A stretch of DNA of 60,596 nucleotides from Clostridia bacterium. Lineage in GTDB: Bacteria > Bacillota > Clostridia > Christensenellales > UBA1242. The translations under genes were made by a program, and so were the position numbers. The stretch is taken from positions 1-60,596 of the forward strand of contig JAFUJK010000083.1 of the NCBI GenBank assembly GCA_017468205.1. The letters run 5' to 3'. The notes beneath the pieces were generated by a model. That model searched no databases and was not told the DNA's origin. It was given only the letters and a program-made list of their open reading frames with translations. Positions 30,120-40,290 of this stretch are shown here, one piece after another. The first letter of the stretch is position 1, and every line of letters begins with the position of its first letter.

Positions 30120-30221
30120 AATTGTTTGCTCCTTTTTAAAATAATACTTATTATATCACAAACAATATAAAAAAGCAACTATAAAAAGAAAAAAAGGCTT
30201 AAATTAGCCTTTCAAAACAAA

Positions 30222-30641
30222 TTATTTTTGAGTTTCAAAATCGCTTAAGGTTGTTTGATATTTATCTTGATTAAATTTGCTATAAAAATGTTTTTGACAA
30301 ATTTTATAAGCATACATTCTATCGCGTTTTATTTCAGGAGAATCCGCACTTTTAACATAGAATTTAAACGAATCAAGATAAGCAAATCCAAATTTATCAA
30401 CCATAAAATTATTATGCACGTAATCAAAATCCTGAAAGTCAAAAATATCTGCCTGCAACTTGTTTTCAACCTTACGTTTTACATCATAGGCAATAAAACT
30501 TATGTGAGTATACTCATAAAAATTGAATTTATCATAAATCCTTTCGATTTCGATGTTCCCTGCAACAACCTCATTCATACTGCAGACAACATTTTCCGCG
30601 TATTCGACGATATCGCTTTTACTTAATCTTTTTGCAAACAT
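30222..30641 (-). CDS. Hypothetical protein
   Basis: ORF with GAGGTGG RBS before ATG 30641; no recognised motif. Confidence 0.55.
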   Translation of the reverse strand: MFAKRLSKSDIVEYAENVVCSMNEVVAGNIEIERIYDKFNFYEYTHISFIAYDVKRKVENKLQADIFDFQDFDYVHNNFMVDKFGFAYLDSFKFYVKSADSPEIKRDRMYAYKICQKHFYSKFNQDKYQTTLSDFETQK

Positions 30642-30799
30642 ATTTCCACCTCTATTGTGGGTATAATAACATATAAATCCTATGATGTCAATATTTTTAA
30701 AAAAATTTAACAATATATTCAAATTGATTTTGAAAATTCTAAAATTGTGATATAATATCTACAATAAAGCGTTAAATCGCTATAAATAAGGGGAAAAAT

Positions 30800-31486
30800 A
30801 TGAAAATTAACGACTGTTATAAAGTAAATTCGTGCCCTTGTTCAGGTCCTGCACCTATTCCACAAGAGGGCGAATTTCATCAAATTAAATCAATTGAGCA
30901 AATCAGCGGTTTTAGCCACGGTTGCGGGAAATGCGCACCGCGTCAAGGTGTCTGCAAACTCACTTTGAACGTAAAGAACGGCATAATCAAGGAAGCACTC
31001 GTTGAAACCGTTGGATGTAGTGGAATGACTCACAGCGCGTGTATGGCTGGTGAAATTTTGGTTGGGAAAACGCTACTTGAAGCGCTTAACACTGACCTAG
31101 TTTGTGATGCTATAAATGATGCTATGAAGGATATTTTCCAGCAACTTGCATATGGTCGCAGTCAAAGCGCATTCTCTATCGGAGGACTTTCTATTGGTGC
31201 AGGTGCCGAAGAATTGGGTTCGACACACCACAGCCGAGTTGGGACTGTTTACTCAAATGTAAAATCAGGAGTGCGATACTACAACACAACCGAGGGTTAT
31301 ATCACGCGTCTTGCTCTTGACGAGAATGATGAAATTATTGGTTATGAGTATGTAAATTTGCCACGACTGCTTAAAAATATTCGTGCTGGTCTTGATGCGA
31401 AAGAGGCACTTATCAAATCCAGTGGTAATTATGGTCGTTTTGACGAAGGCAAAAAGTTTATTGACACTATGGAGGAAGCAATATGA
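30800..31486 (+). CDS. NifU/IscU-like Fe-S scaffold-type protein (GGGtGRT partner)
   Basis: HGCGKCAPRQGVCKLTLNVK, ETVGCSGMTHSA, DLVCDAIN. Confidence 0.8.
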   Translation: MKINDCYKVNSCPCSGPAPIPQEGEFHQIKSIEQISGFSHGCGKCAPRQGVCKLTLNVKNGIIKEALVETVGCSGMTHSACMAGEILVGKTLLEALNTDLVCDAINDAMKDIFQQLAYGRSQSAFSIGGLSIGAGAEELGSTHHSRVGTVYSNVKSGVRYYNTTEGYITRLALDENDEIIGYEYVNLPRLLKNIRAGLDAKEALIKSSGNYGRFDEGKKFIDTMEEAI

Positions 31487-32484
31487 CGGAAAAATATTTT
31501 ACAGGATATTCCGAACGTGCCGATGGTATCCGCTCGCTTTTGAAAAAATATGGCATTGCATCAGTGGAAGAAGCTTTCAATTTAGCTGAAAGCGTACTAA
31601 ATTGTGATGAATTTGTCAAAAAAGTGCAACCGATTGTGTTTGATAATGCTGTTTGGGCATTCAGAATTGGTACAGCACTTGCTGTTAAGACTCAAACAAA
31701 TGACCCGCGACAAATTGCATTGCTTCTTGGTGAGGCTTTACAAGCATTTTGTATCCCAGGTTCAGTCGCAGCGCGTCGTCAAGTTGGTTTGGGACACGGA
31801 AAACTCGCCTACACTCTTTTAGACGACAACACCAAATGTTTTTGCTTTATTGCTGGACACGAATCTTTTGCTGCAAGTGAAGGGGCGATTGCTCTTGCAA
31901 CAAGCGTTAACCGAGTTCGCTCTACTCCATTAAAAATAATCATTAATGGACTAGGAAAAGATGCCGCATATATAATTAGTAGAATTGGTGGATTTACTTA
32001 CGTGCAAACAGATTATGACTATTCACGCGACAAACTCATTGTAAAAAATGAGCGCAAATTTGGAAATGGCGATAGAAGTAATGTTCGCGTATATGGTGCT
32101 TTGAGTGTAAACGAAGGTGTGGCAATATGTGATTATGAGCAAGTTGACATATCAATTACAGGAAACTCAACTAATCCAACGAGATTTCAACATCCTGTCG
32201 CAGGAATTTATAAAAAAATGCGCAATAATCAAGGGCTTCCCTACTTCTCAATAGCTAGCGGTGGCGGTACTGGACGTACATTGCATCCAGACAATTTAGC
32301 CGCTGGTCCAGCAAGTTATGGTTTAACCGATACTATGGGTAGAATGCATTGTGATGCGCAATTTGCAGGAAGCAGTTCTGTTCCCGCTCACGTAAATATG
32401 ATGGGCTTTGTTGGTATGGGAAACAACCCACTCATGGGTTGCACAGCAAGCCTAGCTGTTAAGCTCAGTGAATTGTTACGCTAA
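31483..32484 (+). CDS. GGGtGRT protein
   Basis: SGGGTGRTLHPDN signature, GHESFAASEGA, TGNSTNPTRF. Confidence 0.92.
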   Translation: MTEKYFTGYSERADGIRSLLKKYGIASVEEAFNLAESVLNCDEFVKKVQPIVFDNAVWAFRIGTALAVKTQTNDPRQIALLLGEALQAFCIPGSVAARRQVGLGHGKLAYTLLDDNTKCFCFIAGHESFAASEGAIALATSVNRVRSTPLKIIINGLGKDAAYIISRIGGFTYVQTDYDYSRDKLIVKNERKFGNGDRSNVRVYGALSVNEGVAICDYEQVDISITGNSTNPTRFQHPVAGIYKKMRNNQGLPYFSIASGGGTGRTLHPDNLAAGPASYGLTDTMGRMHCDAQFAGSSSVPAHVNMMGFVGMGNNPLMGCTASLAVKLSELLR

Positions 32485-32615
32485 CCATTCCAACGCAGAA
32501 CGGCACTTCTATCTCTTAGTGCTCTAATGTGTTGGTAACAACCCTTTAATGTGGTGTTGCGCTAGTTTAGCGGTTCGCCTCAGTGATTTGATAAAATATG
32601 CAACCGCACTTAATT

Positions 32616-32643
32616 AAGTGGACTAAAATTTAGTTCACTTTTT
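32616..32643 (+). terminator. Intrinsic terminator
   Basis: aagtggactaaa-a-tttagttcactt followed by T-run. Confidence 0.7.
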
Positions 32644-32715
32644 CGTTTTTAGGTATTGAATATTGCAAGATTTTAGGTTATAATATATACAAATACATTA
32701 AAGAGAATTTACATT

Positions 32716-33510
32716 ATGCATAAGAATAACAAAATTCATTCAGGACATTTTAAACGTATCCGTGCCAAAATTGAAAAAAGTACGCCAGCAACTGTTGAAG
32801 ATATTACAATACTTGAGGGTGTTCTTCAATTTGCTTATCAACGCGCGGATATTAATGAAATCGCTCGCTATCTCTTGATTGAGTATGGTTCGCTAGACGA
32901 ACTTTTTGAGACTGCTACCGCTGACAGATTGATGAATATTCAAGGTATAGGCAAAAATATGGCTGATAAATTGACGACTATGTTTCGCTGTATGCATCTT
33001 TACAAATATTTGCCAAAATCTCTGCTTATCCCTGCTGACCCTGAACACTGCAACGATATTAAGGAACTTTTTCGTCATTATTTCCAAACTACGATTTATG
33101 AACGCGCTGTTGTGATTTTGCTTAATGCGGAAAAGATTATAATCCACCACGGCATTTTGTATGAAGGCGATGAGTATAGCGTACATATGAATAGTGCTCA
33201 CATTATTAAATTTGCAGCAAAATTCGCCGCGACTTATGTTGTTATTGCACATAATCACGTTTGTGGCGAAGATGGATTCTTTCCATCAATTGAGGATTTT
33301 AACGTAACTGAACATATCTATGGTGAGTTAAGAAAATGTAATTTGAAGTTGCTTGACCATATTATTTATTGTAATGACCACATTTTTAGTTTTGCAAATT
33401 CCTGCCTTATTGAAACCATGAGAAGGCGTTTTGTCGAGGCTCACCCCGAACTGAAAAATGCCGATGACGACGAACCACTAGATTTTGACCACGAATATGT
33501 TTTTGAATAA
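32716..33510 (+). CDS. RadC-like JAB-domain protein
   Basis: GHFKRIR, HhH IQGIG, AHNH..G...PS.ED, LLDHII. Confidence 0.8.
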   Translation: MHKNNKIHSGHFKRIRAKIEKSTPATVEDITILEGVLQFAYQRADINEIARYLLIEYGSLDELFETATADRLMNIQGIGKNMADKLTTMFRCMHLYKYLPKSLLIPADPEHCNDIKELFRHYFQTTIYERAVVILLNAEKIIIHHGILYEGDEYSVHMNSAHIIKFAAKFAATYVVIAHNHVCGEDGFFPSIEDFNVTEHIYGELRKCNLKLLDHIIYCNDHIFSFANSCLIETMRRRFVEAHPELKNADDDEPLDFDHEYVFE

Positions 33511-33578
33511 AACATAAATTAAAGTAAAAAATAGCGATTTTTCGCTATTTTTTATTTACACGCAATTCTAAAACTTTG

Positions 33579-34199
33579 TCATTCTAATTTTGATTTTATT
33601 GCTTCAATCTCTTTTTGCAATTCCATAATTTTAACTTTTTCTTGTTGTTCTTTCAATAATTGCTCCAATTCAATCCGCTTTTCTTCGTATACATTTGAAA
33701 TTTGATTTTCCTGATTAGATTTATTTTCATTTTGTGTTTCTATATTTAAATTAAAAAACTGTACCACTAATAAGAGAACCGCAAACATAAGATATTTCAT
33801 AGCCTCTCTAAAAGCTTGAACCATATAAATATCAGTATCTTCTTTAGTAAGCATACTTAAATCAGTATAATCAGTTGTAACAAATGATAAAATTGCAAAA
33901 ACAATTGCAGATATTATAGCCATTATTATAATTGCTACAATAAGCATCCTTTCCTTTTTAATTCTTTTTGTTACATTAGCAATAGTTAAAGCAGTAAAGA
34001 AAAATTCTATTAATAGAAATAATACAAAGAACACTAGCGAAACAATTACCGTAGGCGTAAATGCTGATTTTTGCGGTGTTGAATATAAATTAATATAATC
34101 CAACTCATTAATAAAGATAATTAAGGCAGTAACCAGCAAAACGACAGAAATTACAATCATTCCAATTTTAAAAGCATAATTTAAAAACTTATCGTTCAT
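33579..34199 (-). CDS. Four-TM membrane protein with coiled-coil C-terminal tail
   Basis: Hydrophobic segments, AAGGAG RBS, very AT-rich DNA. Confidence 0.7.
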   Translation of the reverse strand: MNDKFLNYAFKIGMIVISVVLLVTALIIFINELDYINLYSTPQKSAFTPTVIVSLVFFVLFLLIEFFFTALTIANVTKRIKKERMLIVAIIIMAIISAIVFAILSFVTTDYTDLSMLTKEDTDIYMVQAFREAMKYLMFAVLLLVVQFFNLNIETQNENKSNQENQISNVYEEKRIELEQLLKEQQEKVKIMELQKEIEAIKSKLE

Positions 34200-34233
34200 T
34201 CTTTTCTCCTTAGTTAATTATAATTATAATTAT

Positions 34234-34289
34234 ATTATATGGTGAGATTTCTCACTTGTCAAGTATTTTGGTGAGATTTCTCATATAAT
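34234..34289. promoter_or_regulatory. Divergent promoters with two identical operators
   Basis: Minus strand TTGACA-N17-TATAAT (34262-34234); plus strand TATAAT at 34284-34289; TGGTGAGATTTCTCA at 34240-34254 and 34269-34283. Confidence 0.8.
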
Positions 34290-34295
34290 ATTAGT

Positions 34296-34499
34296 ATGAT
34301 TATAGGAAAACGAATCAAAGAACTCCGTCAAGAATATGGACTTAGCCTGCAAAAATTAGCAGATGCTATTGGAGTTGATAAACATGCAATTATTTACTGG
34401 GAGCAAGAAACCAACGAACCAAAGGCTAGTTACATTGTTAGATTAGCGAATTTTTTTAATGTAACGACTGATTACTTACTTGGATTAACTGATGAATAA
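34296..34499 (+). CDS. XRE-family HTH transcriptional regulator
   Basis: IGKRIKELRQEYGLSLQKLADAIGV..WE..EP..LANFFNVTTDYLLG. Confidence 0.9.
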   Translation: MIIGKRIKELRQEYGLSLQKLADAIGVDKHAIIYWEQETNEPKASYIVRLANFFNVTTDYLLGLTDE

Positions 34500-34527
34500 A
34501 AAGTGCAAAAGCGCTTTTTTTAAATGA

Positions 34528-34552
34528 GAAAAGAGCCTGTTAGGCTCTTTTC
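34528..34552. terminator. Terminator after tuf
   Basis: gaaaagagcct-gtt-aggctcttttc. Confidence 0.75.
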
Positions 34553-34565
34553 ATATTTTGATAGA

Positions 34566-35774
34566 TTAGTCTTCAATCTTTGTAACAACACCACTACCAA
34601 CAGTACGGCCACCTTCACGAATAGCGAAGCGAAGACCTTCCTCGATAGCGATAGGAGAAATCAATTCAACGTGCATTTCTACGTTGTCACCAGGCATAAC
34701 CATTTCAGCACCTTCAAGTTTGATGCTACCAGTTACGTCAGTTGTACGGAAGAAGAATTGTGGACGGTAACCAGATACGAATGGAGTAGAACGGCCACCC
34801 TCTTCTTTCTTCAATACGTATACGTTAGCGCAGAACTTTGTGTGTGGAGTAATTGTCTTTTGAGCAGCCAATACTTGACCACGTTGCAAGTCCTTACGGT
34901 CAACACCACGAAGCAATACACCAATGTTGTCACCAGCTTCAGCTTGGTCAAGAAGTTTCTTGAACATTTCAACGCCAGTTACAACAGTTGTCTTAGTAGC
35001 ACCAAGACCAACGATTTCAACAGTGTCACCTACTTTAACAGTACCGCGTTCAACACGACCAGTACCTACAGTACCACGACCAGTAATTGTAAATACGTCC
35101 TCGATTGGCATCAAGAATGGTTTGTCTACGTCACGTTTTGGGTCTGGGAAGTAAGAGTCACAAGCGTCCATAAGGTCGAAAATACACTTACATTCTTCAC
35201 CATCAACGTTACCAGCGATAGCATTGTCAAGAGCAACTTTAGCACTACCGTGAATAATTGGAGTGTTGTCGCCGTCAAAGTCGTACTTGTTCAACAATTC
35301 GCGCAAGTCCATCTCTGTCAATTCAAGCAATTCATCTCTGTCAGCAGGTGGTAATTGGTCAACCTTGTTGATAAATACAACGATTGCAGGAACGCCTACC
35401 TGACGAGCAAGCAAGATGTGTTCCTTAGTTTGAGTCATAACACCGTCAGTAGCAGCAACAACCAAGATTGCGCCGTCCATCTGAGCAGCACCAGTAATCA
35501 TGTTCTTTACGTAGTCAGCGTGGCCTGGACAGTCAACGTGAGCGTAGTGACGCTTTGCTGTTTCGTACTCTACGTGTGTAGAGTTAATAGTAATACCACG
35601 TGCGCGCTCCTCTGGAGTCATATCAATAGAAGCGTAGTCACGAGCTTCAGCCAAGCCCTTCTTTGACAATACTGTAGTAATAGCAGCTGTCAAAGTTGTT
35701 TTACCGTGGTCAACGTGACCGATTGTACCCAAGTTAAAGTGGGGTTTTGTTCTTTCAAATTTTGCTTTTGCCAT
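34566..35774 (-). CDS. tuf: Elongation factor Tu
   Basis: [33 protein letters not shown]. Confidence 0.98.
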   Translation of the reverse strand: MAKAKFERTKPHFNLGTIGHVDHGKTTLTAAITTVLSKKGLAEARDYASIDMTPEERARGITINSTHVEYETAKRHYAHVDCPGHADYVKNMITGAAQMDGAILVVAATDGVMTQTKEHILLARQVGVPAIVVFINKVDQLPPADRDELLELTEMDLRELLNKYDFDGDNTPIIHGSAKVALDNAIAGNVDGEECKCIFDLMDACDSYFPDPKRDVDKPFLMPIEDVFTITGRGTVGTGRVERGTVKVGDTVEIVGLGATKTTVVTGVEMFKKLLDQAEAGDNIGVLLRGVDRKDLQRGQVLAAQKTITPHTKFCANVYVLKKEEGGRSTPFVSGYRPQFFFRTTDVTGSIKLEGAEMVMPGDNVEMHVELISPIAIEEGLRFAIREGGRTVGSGVVTKIED

Positions 35775-35804
35775 AATCTTTTAAATTCTCCTTATTAAAA
35801 TTTT

Positions 35805-37880
35805 TTAGTTGGCAGAGTTTCTTTGTCCGATAATTTTTTCAGCAACAAATTTCGGAACTTCAGAGTAGCACTCTAAGTCCATAGTAAAGATACCACGGCC
35901 TTGAGTGATACTGCGCAAGTCGGTTGCATAACCGAACATTTCAGCCAGCGGAACGAGTGCGTTAATAGTCTGTTGACCATCTTCACTCTCCATTTCGCGT
36001 AACTGACCGCGTCTGCGGTTAATATCACCCATAACATCGCCCAAATATTCTTCTGGAACGATGACTTGCACCTTCATAACTGGCTCCAAGATAACAGGTT
36101 GCGCGTTCTTTGCTGCCTCTTTAAATGCCATACTACCTGCAATCTTAAACGCCATTTCACTAGAGTCAACGTCATGGAAACTACCATCAACCAAAGTTAC
36201 GCGGAAGTCAACCATTTCATATCCTGCTAGCACACCGTTTTGAGCGGCTTCACGAATACCGTCATCGATTGGTTGGATAAATTCTTTTGGAATTGCACCA
36301 CCAACAATCTTGTTTACGAATTCGTAACCAGAGCCTGGTTCAAGTGGTTCCATCTCAATGACACAGTGACCATATTGACCTTTACCACCCGATTGACGGA
36401 TATACTTACCTTCTTGCTTTGTCTTGCTACGGATTGTTTCGCGGTAGGCAACTTGAGGCTTACCAATGTTAGCATCAATGTTGAATTCGCGTTTCAATCT
36501 ATCACAATATATATCAAGGTGAAGCTCACCCATACCGGCGATAATTGTTTGACCAGTTTCTTGGTCAGTATAAGTCTTGAATGAAGGGTCCTCTTCAACA
36601 AACTTCAAGAGAGCCGCAACCAACTTCTCTTGACCAGCCTTGGTCTTAGGCTCAATAGCAATTTTAATAACTGGGTCTGGGAAGTTGATACTTTCAAGAA
36701 CGATTGGATGAGATTCGTCACAAAGAGTATCACCTGTTGTTGTATCTTTAAGACCAACAATAGCTGCAATATCACCTGTGCGAACCTCGTTGATTTCGAT
36801 ACGCTCGTTAGAGTGCATACGAATCAAGCGAGCAACGCGCTCTTTCTTTCCCTTTGTGGTGTTATAAACATAGCTACCGCTTTCAAGTTTACCACTATAA
36901 ACACGGAAGTATGTCAACTTACCATAAGGGTCTGTAGCCACCTTAAACGCAAGAGCGCTAAATGGCTCATCGTCGCTAGGACGACGTTCACTCTCTTCTC
37001 CGCTTGGCAAAATACCCTTAATTGCAGGAACATCGAGAGGACTTGGAAGGTAATCAATAATTGCATCAAGCAACTTTTGAATACCCTTGTTTTTATAACT
37101 TGTACCACAAAGAACTGGGTTCATACGAAGTGAAAGTGTACCTTTACGGATAGCGCCTCTGATTTCATCCTCTGTAAGTTCTTCACCAGCAAAGAATTTC
37201 TCGAGCAAAGCATCGTCCATTTCTGCAACAGCCTCTAAAAGAGTGTTACGATATTTGTTAGCTTTCTCTACGTACTCAGCAGGAATGTCAGTTTCTTCCA
37301 TTTCCTTGCCTTCGTCATCTTTGTAGATTGTTGCTTTCATAGTTACCAAGTCGATAACACCAGTAAAGTCTTCTGCGTGACCGATAGGCAATTGAATAGC
37401 AACAGCATTAGCGCGCAAACGAGTCTTCATCATATCGATTACGCGGTAGAAGTCGGCACCATTCATATCCATCTTGTTTACATAAGCGATACGAGGAACA
37501 CCGTACTTATTTGCTTGTTTCCAAACGGTTTCACTTTGAGGTTGAACACCACCGCGGGCACAGAACACCGCTACAGAACCGTCAAGAACTTTAAGGCTAC
37601 GCTCAACCTCGATTGTAAAGTCAACGTGACCTGGTGTGTCAATAATGTTAATCTGGTTATCTTTCCAGTGACATGTAGTAGCGGCTGAAGTGATAGTAAT
37701 ACCACGTTCGCGCTCCTGAACCATCCAGTCCATTGTTGCTTGACCCTCGTGAGTCTCACCTAATTTGTGAGTGATACCTGTATAGAACAGGATACGCTCT
37801 GTTGTAGTGGTTTTACCAGCGTCAATATGCGCCATAATACCAATATTACGAACTTTATCCAAAGGTGTAGTTCTTGCCAT
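35805..37880 (-). CDS. fusA: Elongation factor G
   Basis: [31 protein letters not shown]. Confidence 0.98.
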   Translation of the reverse strand: MARTTPLDKVRNIGIMAHIDAGKTTTTERILFYTGITHKLGETHEGQATMDWMVQERERGITITSAATTCHWKDNQINIIDTPGHVDFTIEVERSLKVLDGSVAVFCARGGVQPQSETVWKQANKYGVPRIAYVNKMDMNGADFYRVIDMMKTRLRANAVAIQLPIGHAEDFTGVIDLVTMKATIYKDDEGKEMEETDIPAEYVEKANKYRNTLLEAVAEMDDALLEKFFAGEELTEDEIRGAIRKGTLSLRMNPVLCGTSYKNKGIQKLLDAIIDYLPSPLDVPAIKGILPSGEESERRPSDDEPFSALAFKVATDPYGKLTYFRVYSGKLESGSYVYNTTKGKKERVARLIRMHSNERIEINEVRTGDIAAIVGLKDTTTGDTLCDESHPIVLESINFPDPVIKIAIEPKTKAGQEKLVAALLKFVEEDPSFKTYTDQETGQTIIAGMGELHLDIYCDRLKREFNIDANIGKPQVAYRETIRSKTKQEGKYIRQSGGKGQYGHCVIEMEPLEPGSGYEFVNKIVGGAIPKEFIQPIDDGIREAAQNGVLAGYEMVDFRVTLVDGSFHDVDSSEMAFKIAGSMAFKEAAKNAQPVILEPVMKVQVIVPEEYLGDVMGDINRRRGQLREMESEDGQQTINALVPLAEMFGYATDLRSITQGRGIFTMDLECYSEVPKFVAEKIIGQRNSAN

Positions 37881-37904
37881 AATATATCAAAAATCTCCTT
37901 TTTA

Positions 37905-38375
37905 TTACCACTTGAAGTGTGCAAAAGCTTTGTTTGCCTCTGCCATACGGTGCACTTCGTCTTTTCTCTTGATAGCGCCACCGGTACTGTTGAAAGCATC
38001 AACAAATTCACCAGCAAGTCTGTTTTCCATACCGCGCTCACCACGTTTTTTAGCAAAGGCAACAATCCAACGAATTGCCAATGTTTGACGACGTGCAGGT
38101 CTGATTTCAACAGGAACTTGATATGTAGCACCACCTACTTTGCGAGCGCGAGTTTCAACGATTGGGCTTGCATTTTCCAAAGCCTTCTCCAAAGTTTCCA
38201 ATGGAGACACGCCAGTTTTTTCAGAAGCAATTTCCATAGCACGGTAAACCAACTTTTCAGCGATACTCAACTTACCATCGAGCATAACTTGGTTGATAAC
38301 TTTACGAACTACTGTACTGCCGTAAACTGGGTCTGGTAACACGCTACGCACTGGTGCAGCATTACGTCTTGACAT
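37905..38375 (-). CDS. rpsG: 30S ribosomal protein S7
   Basis: VGGATYQVPVE, MAEANKAFAH. Confidence 0.97.
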   Translation of the reverse strand: MSRRNAAPVRSVLPDPVYGSTVVRKVINQVMLDGKLSIAEKLVYRAMEIASEKTGVSPLETLEKALENASPIVETRARKVGGATYQVPVEIRPARRQTLAIRWIVAFAKKRGERGMENRLAGEFVDAFNSTGGAIKRKDEVHRMAEANKAFAHFKW

Positions 38376-38430
38376 AATTATTCTCCTTTTAACAATATTA
38401 ATATTCCTAATAAATTAGATGTGAATTAGA

Positions 38431-38805
38431 TTACTTACCATCTTTTTTAGCGCCGTATTTACTACGTCCCTGCTTACGTTTAGCAGTACCAGCGGTATCC
38501 AAAACACCACGAACGATGTGATAACGCACACCGACAAGGTCTTTTACACGACCACCACGAACCAAAACAACAGAGTGCTCTTGAAGGTTGTGACCTTCGC
38601 CAGGAATGTACATAGTACTTTCACTACCGTTACTCAAACGAACCTTTGCAATCTTACGCAACGCAGAGTTAGGCTTTTTAGGTGTGGTTGTAGTAACAGC
38701 GAAACAAACACCACGCTTTTGAGGACAACTCTCCAAAAGAGGTGATTTAGACTTTCTTTTCTGTTGCTTGCGACCACTTCTAACTAGTTGGTTAATCGTA
38801 GGCAT
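38431..38805 (-). CDS. rpsL: 30S ribosomal protein S12
   Basis: [27 protein letters not shown]; AAGGAGG RBS before ATG 38805. Confidence 0.97.
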   Translation of the reverse strand: MPTINQLVRSGRKQQKRKSKSPLLESCPQKRGVCFAVTTTTPKKPNSALRKIAKVRLSNGSESTMYIPGEGHNLQEHSVVLVRGGRVKDLVGVRYHIVRGVLDTAGTAKRKQGRSKYGAKKDGK

Positions 38806-39081
38806 ATTTTCCTCCTTATAAAATCGTACCGCAATTTCAACCCTAAAACTACGGTTTGGCGACAAAATCTAACCTGTATTCACATAACTAAGGAATGATA
38901 ACTATGTGCTTAAGTTTTCTTTGCGTCCTGCTGACGGCCAGAGCGACACACCATTATCCCCCTTGCCATCACGACCAGATATTCTGGATTTTGTAAAAGT
39001 TTTTAGAGAGTATTCACCTTTACCCTCAACCTATACAATATAGTATAGAAAAACGCTACAAAATCATTTGTAACGTTTCCA

Positions 39082-39110
39082 TTATATCAATAAAAATAGA
39101 TTGTGTCAAT
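39082..39110 (-). promoter_or_regulatory. sigma-A promoter of the str operon
   Basis: Perfect TTGACA-N17-TATAAT about 275 nt upstream of rpsL. Confidence 0.75.
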
Positions 39111-39220
39111 AGATTTTAAGACTATTTTCCAAAAATTATTACACTTTTTTGACCTTTTATCTTTATTTATCATTTATTATATTAAATAAAAGTTTTTTAT
39201 ACTACAAAAATCAAATTTCG

Positions 39221-40234
39221 TTAAATTATTGTAGTAGATAATATTAGGAAAGTAATATAAGCAATTGCAATTAATGCACCGCTAACAATTTGAAAAGGCA
39301 ATGAATTTTTTAATTTACTTTTCCCTCTCCTTATTAATCCAAATACAAGCATAAAAGTTGTTCCAGCGACAAGGCAAACAGCCAAAATCAAACTTTGCAT
39401 ATCGGTCATAAACACAGTGCCTTTGAAATATAAGATGTCCGATAGAGCAAGCACCGCATAATTAAACATACACGAACCAATTATATTGCCATAAGCAGCA
39501 TCGAAATTACCAAGACGCACAAGCGCAAAACTTGAAATAATTTCTGGCAAACTTGTTGCAATTCCCAAGAATAATGCACCAGCTAAACCTTTGCCTAGTC
39601 CATACGTATCTGCGAGATATTCCGAAATAAAAGTAATTGCCACAGAAACACCAACAAGAACCACAGCAAGCAAAATAAATTGCAACACAAGAGATTTTAC
39701 GCTTAAATGCTCAAACTTATTTTGAGTGTCCCCCAACTCGTTTTCATCATCATCTTCTGGGTCGTTTGCTTTACGGGTTGAAAAGATTGCAAATGCATAA
39801 AGCGCAATAATTATTGGCGTTAAAATATTAATATTGAGATATGGAATCACAATTTGAACATTGAAAATCGTTGTTATGAGAACTAGGACACTTATCGCAA
39901 GCACGAAGATATCAAATATGATATTTGCCCTACACACATTACGATGCTTAATTCTAGTACAATAAAGAATCATCAGAAAGCCAATTATCGCTACATCAAA
40001 AACATTTGAACCAAGGATATTACCTAGTGTCATATCTGGCTCATTCATAAGTGCGGCTGTAAAACTTGTTACAAGTTCGGGTAGACTCGTAACCCCCGCC
40101 AAAAGAACAGCACCTAGAAATGCACCTGATAGTTTAGTCTTTTTATCCAAAGCATCAACAATACCGCCAATTCTATTTGAAACAAAAATTACTATAATCA
40201 AGCACAAAACATATAACAGCCATATCCACCACAT
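39221..40234 (-). CDS. Sodium:calcium antiporter (CaCA family)
   Basis: Two alpha repeats TSLPE..GNILGSN and TSLPE..GNIIGS; ATG 40234 follows GAGGTG. Confidence 0.9.
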   Translation of the reverse strand: MWWIWLLYVLCLIIVIFVSNRIGGIVDALDKKTKLSGAFLGAVLLAGVTSLPELVTSFTAALMNEPDMTLGNILGSNVFDVAIIGFLMILYCTRIKHRNVCRANIIFDIFVLAISVLVLITTIFNVQIVIPYLNINILTPIIIALYAFAIFSTRKANDPEDDDENELGDTQNKFEHLSVKSLVLQFILLAVVLVGVSVAITFISEYLADTYGLGKGLAGALFLGIATSLPEIISSFALVRLGNFDAAYGNIIGSCMFNYAVLALSDILYFKGTVFMTDMQSLILAVCLVAGTTFMLVFGLIRRGKSKLKNSLPFQIVSGALIAIAYITFLILSTTII

Positions 40235-40290
40235 ATTTTCACCTCTTGACATTATTATATAATATAAAGATATGATTGTCTAACAAAAAT

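Noticed and set aside
32716-34499. Prophage or ICE remnant
   Set aside because: No integrase, att-like repeats, or structural or conjugation genes; only radC-like and XRE genes.
34524-37688. Long plus-strand ORFs opposite tuf and fusA (e.g. 34524-35354)
   Set aside because: Antisense shadows of highly biased genes; no RBS or motifs.
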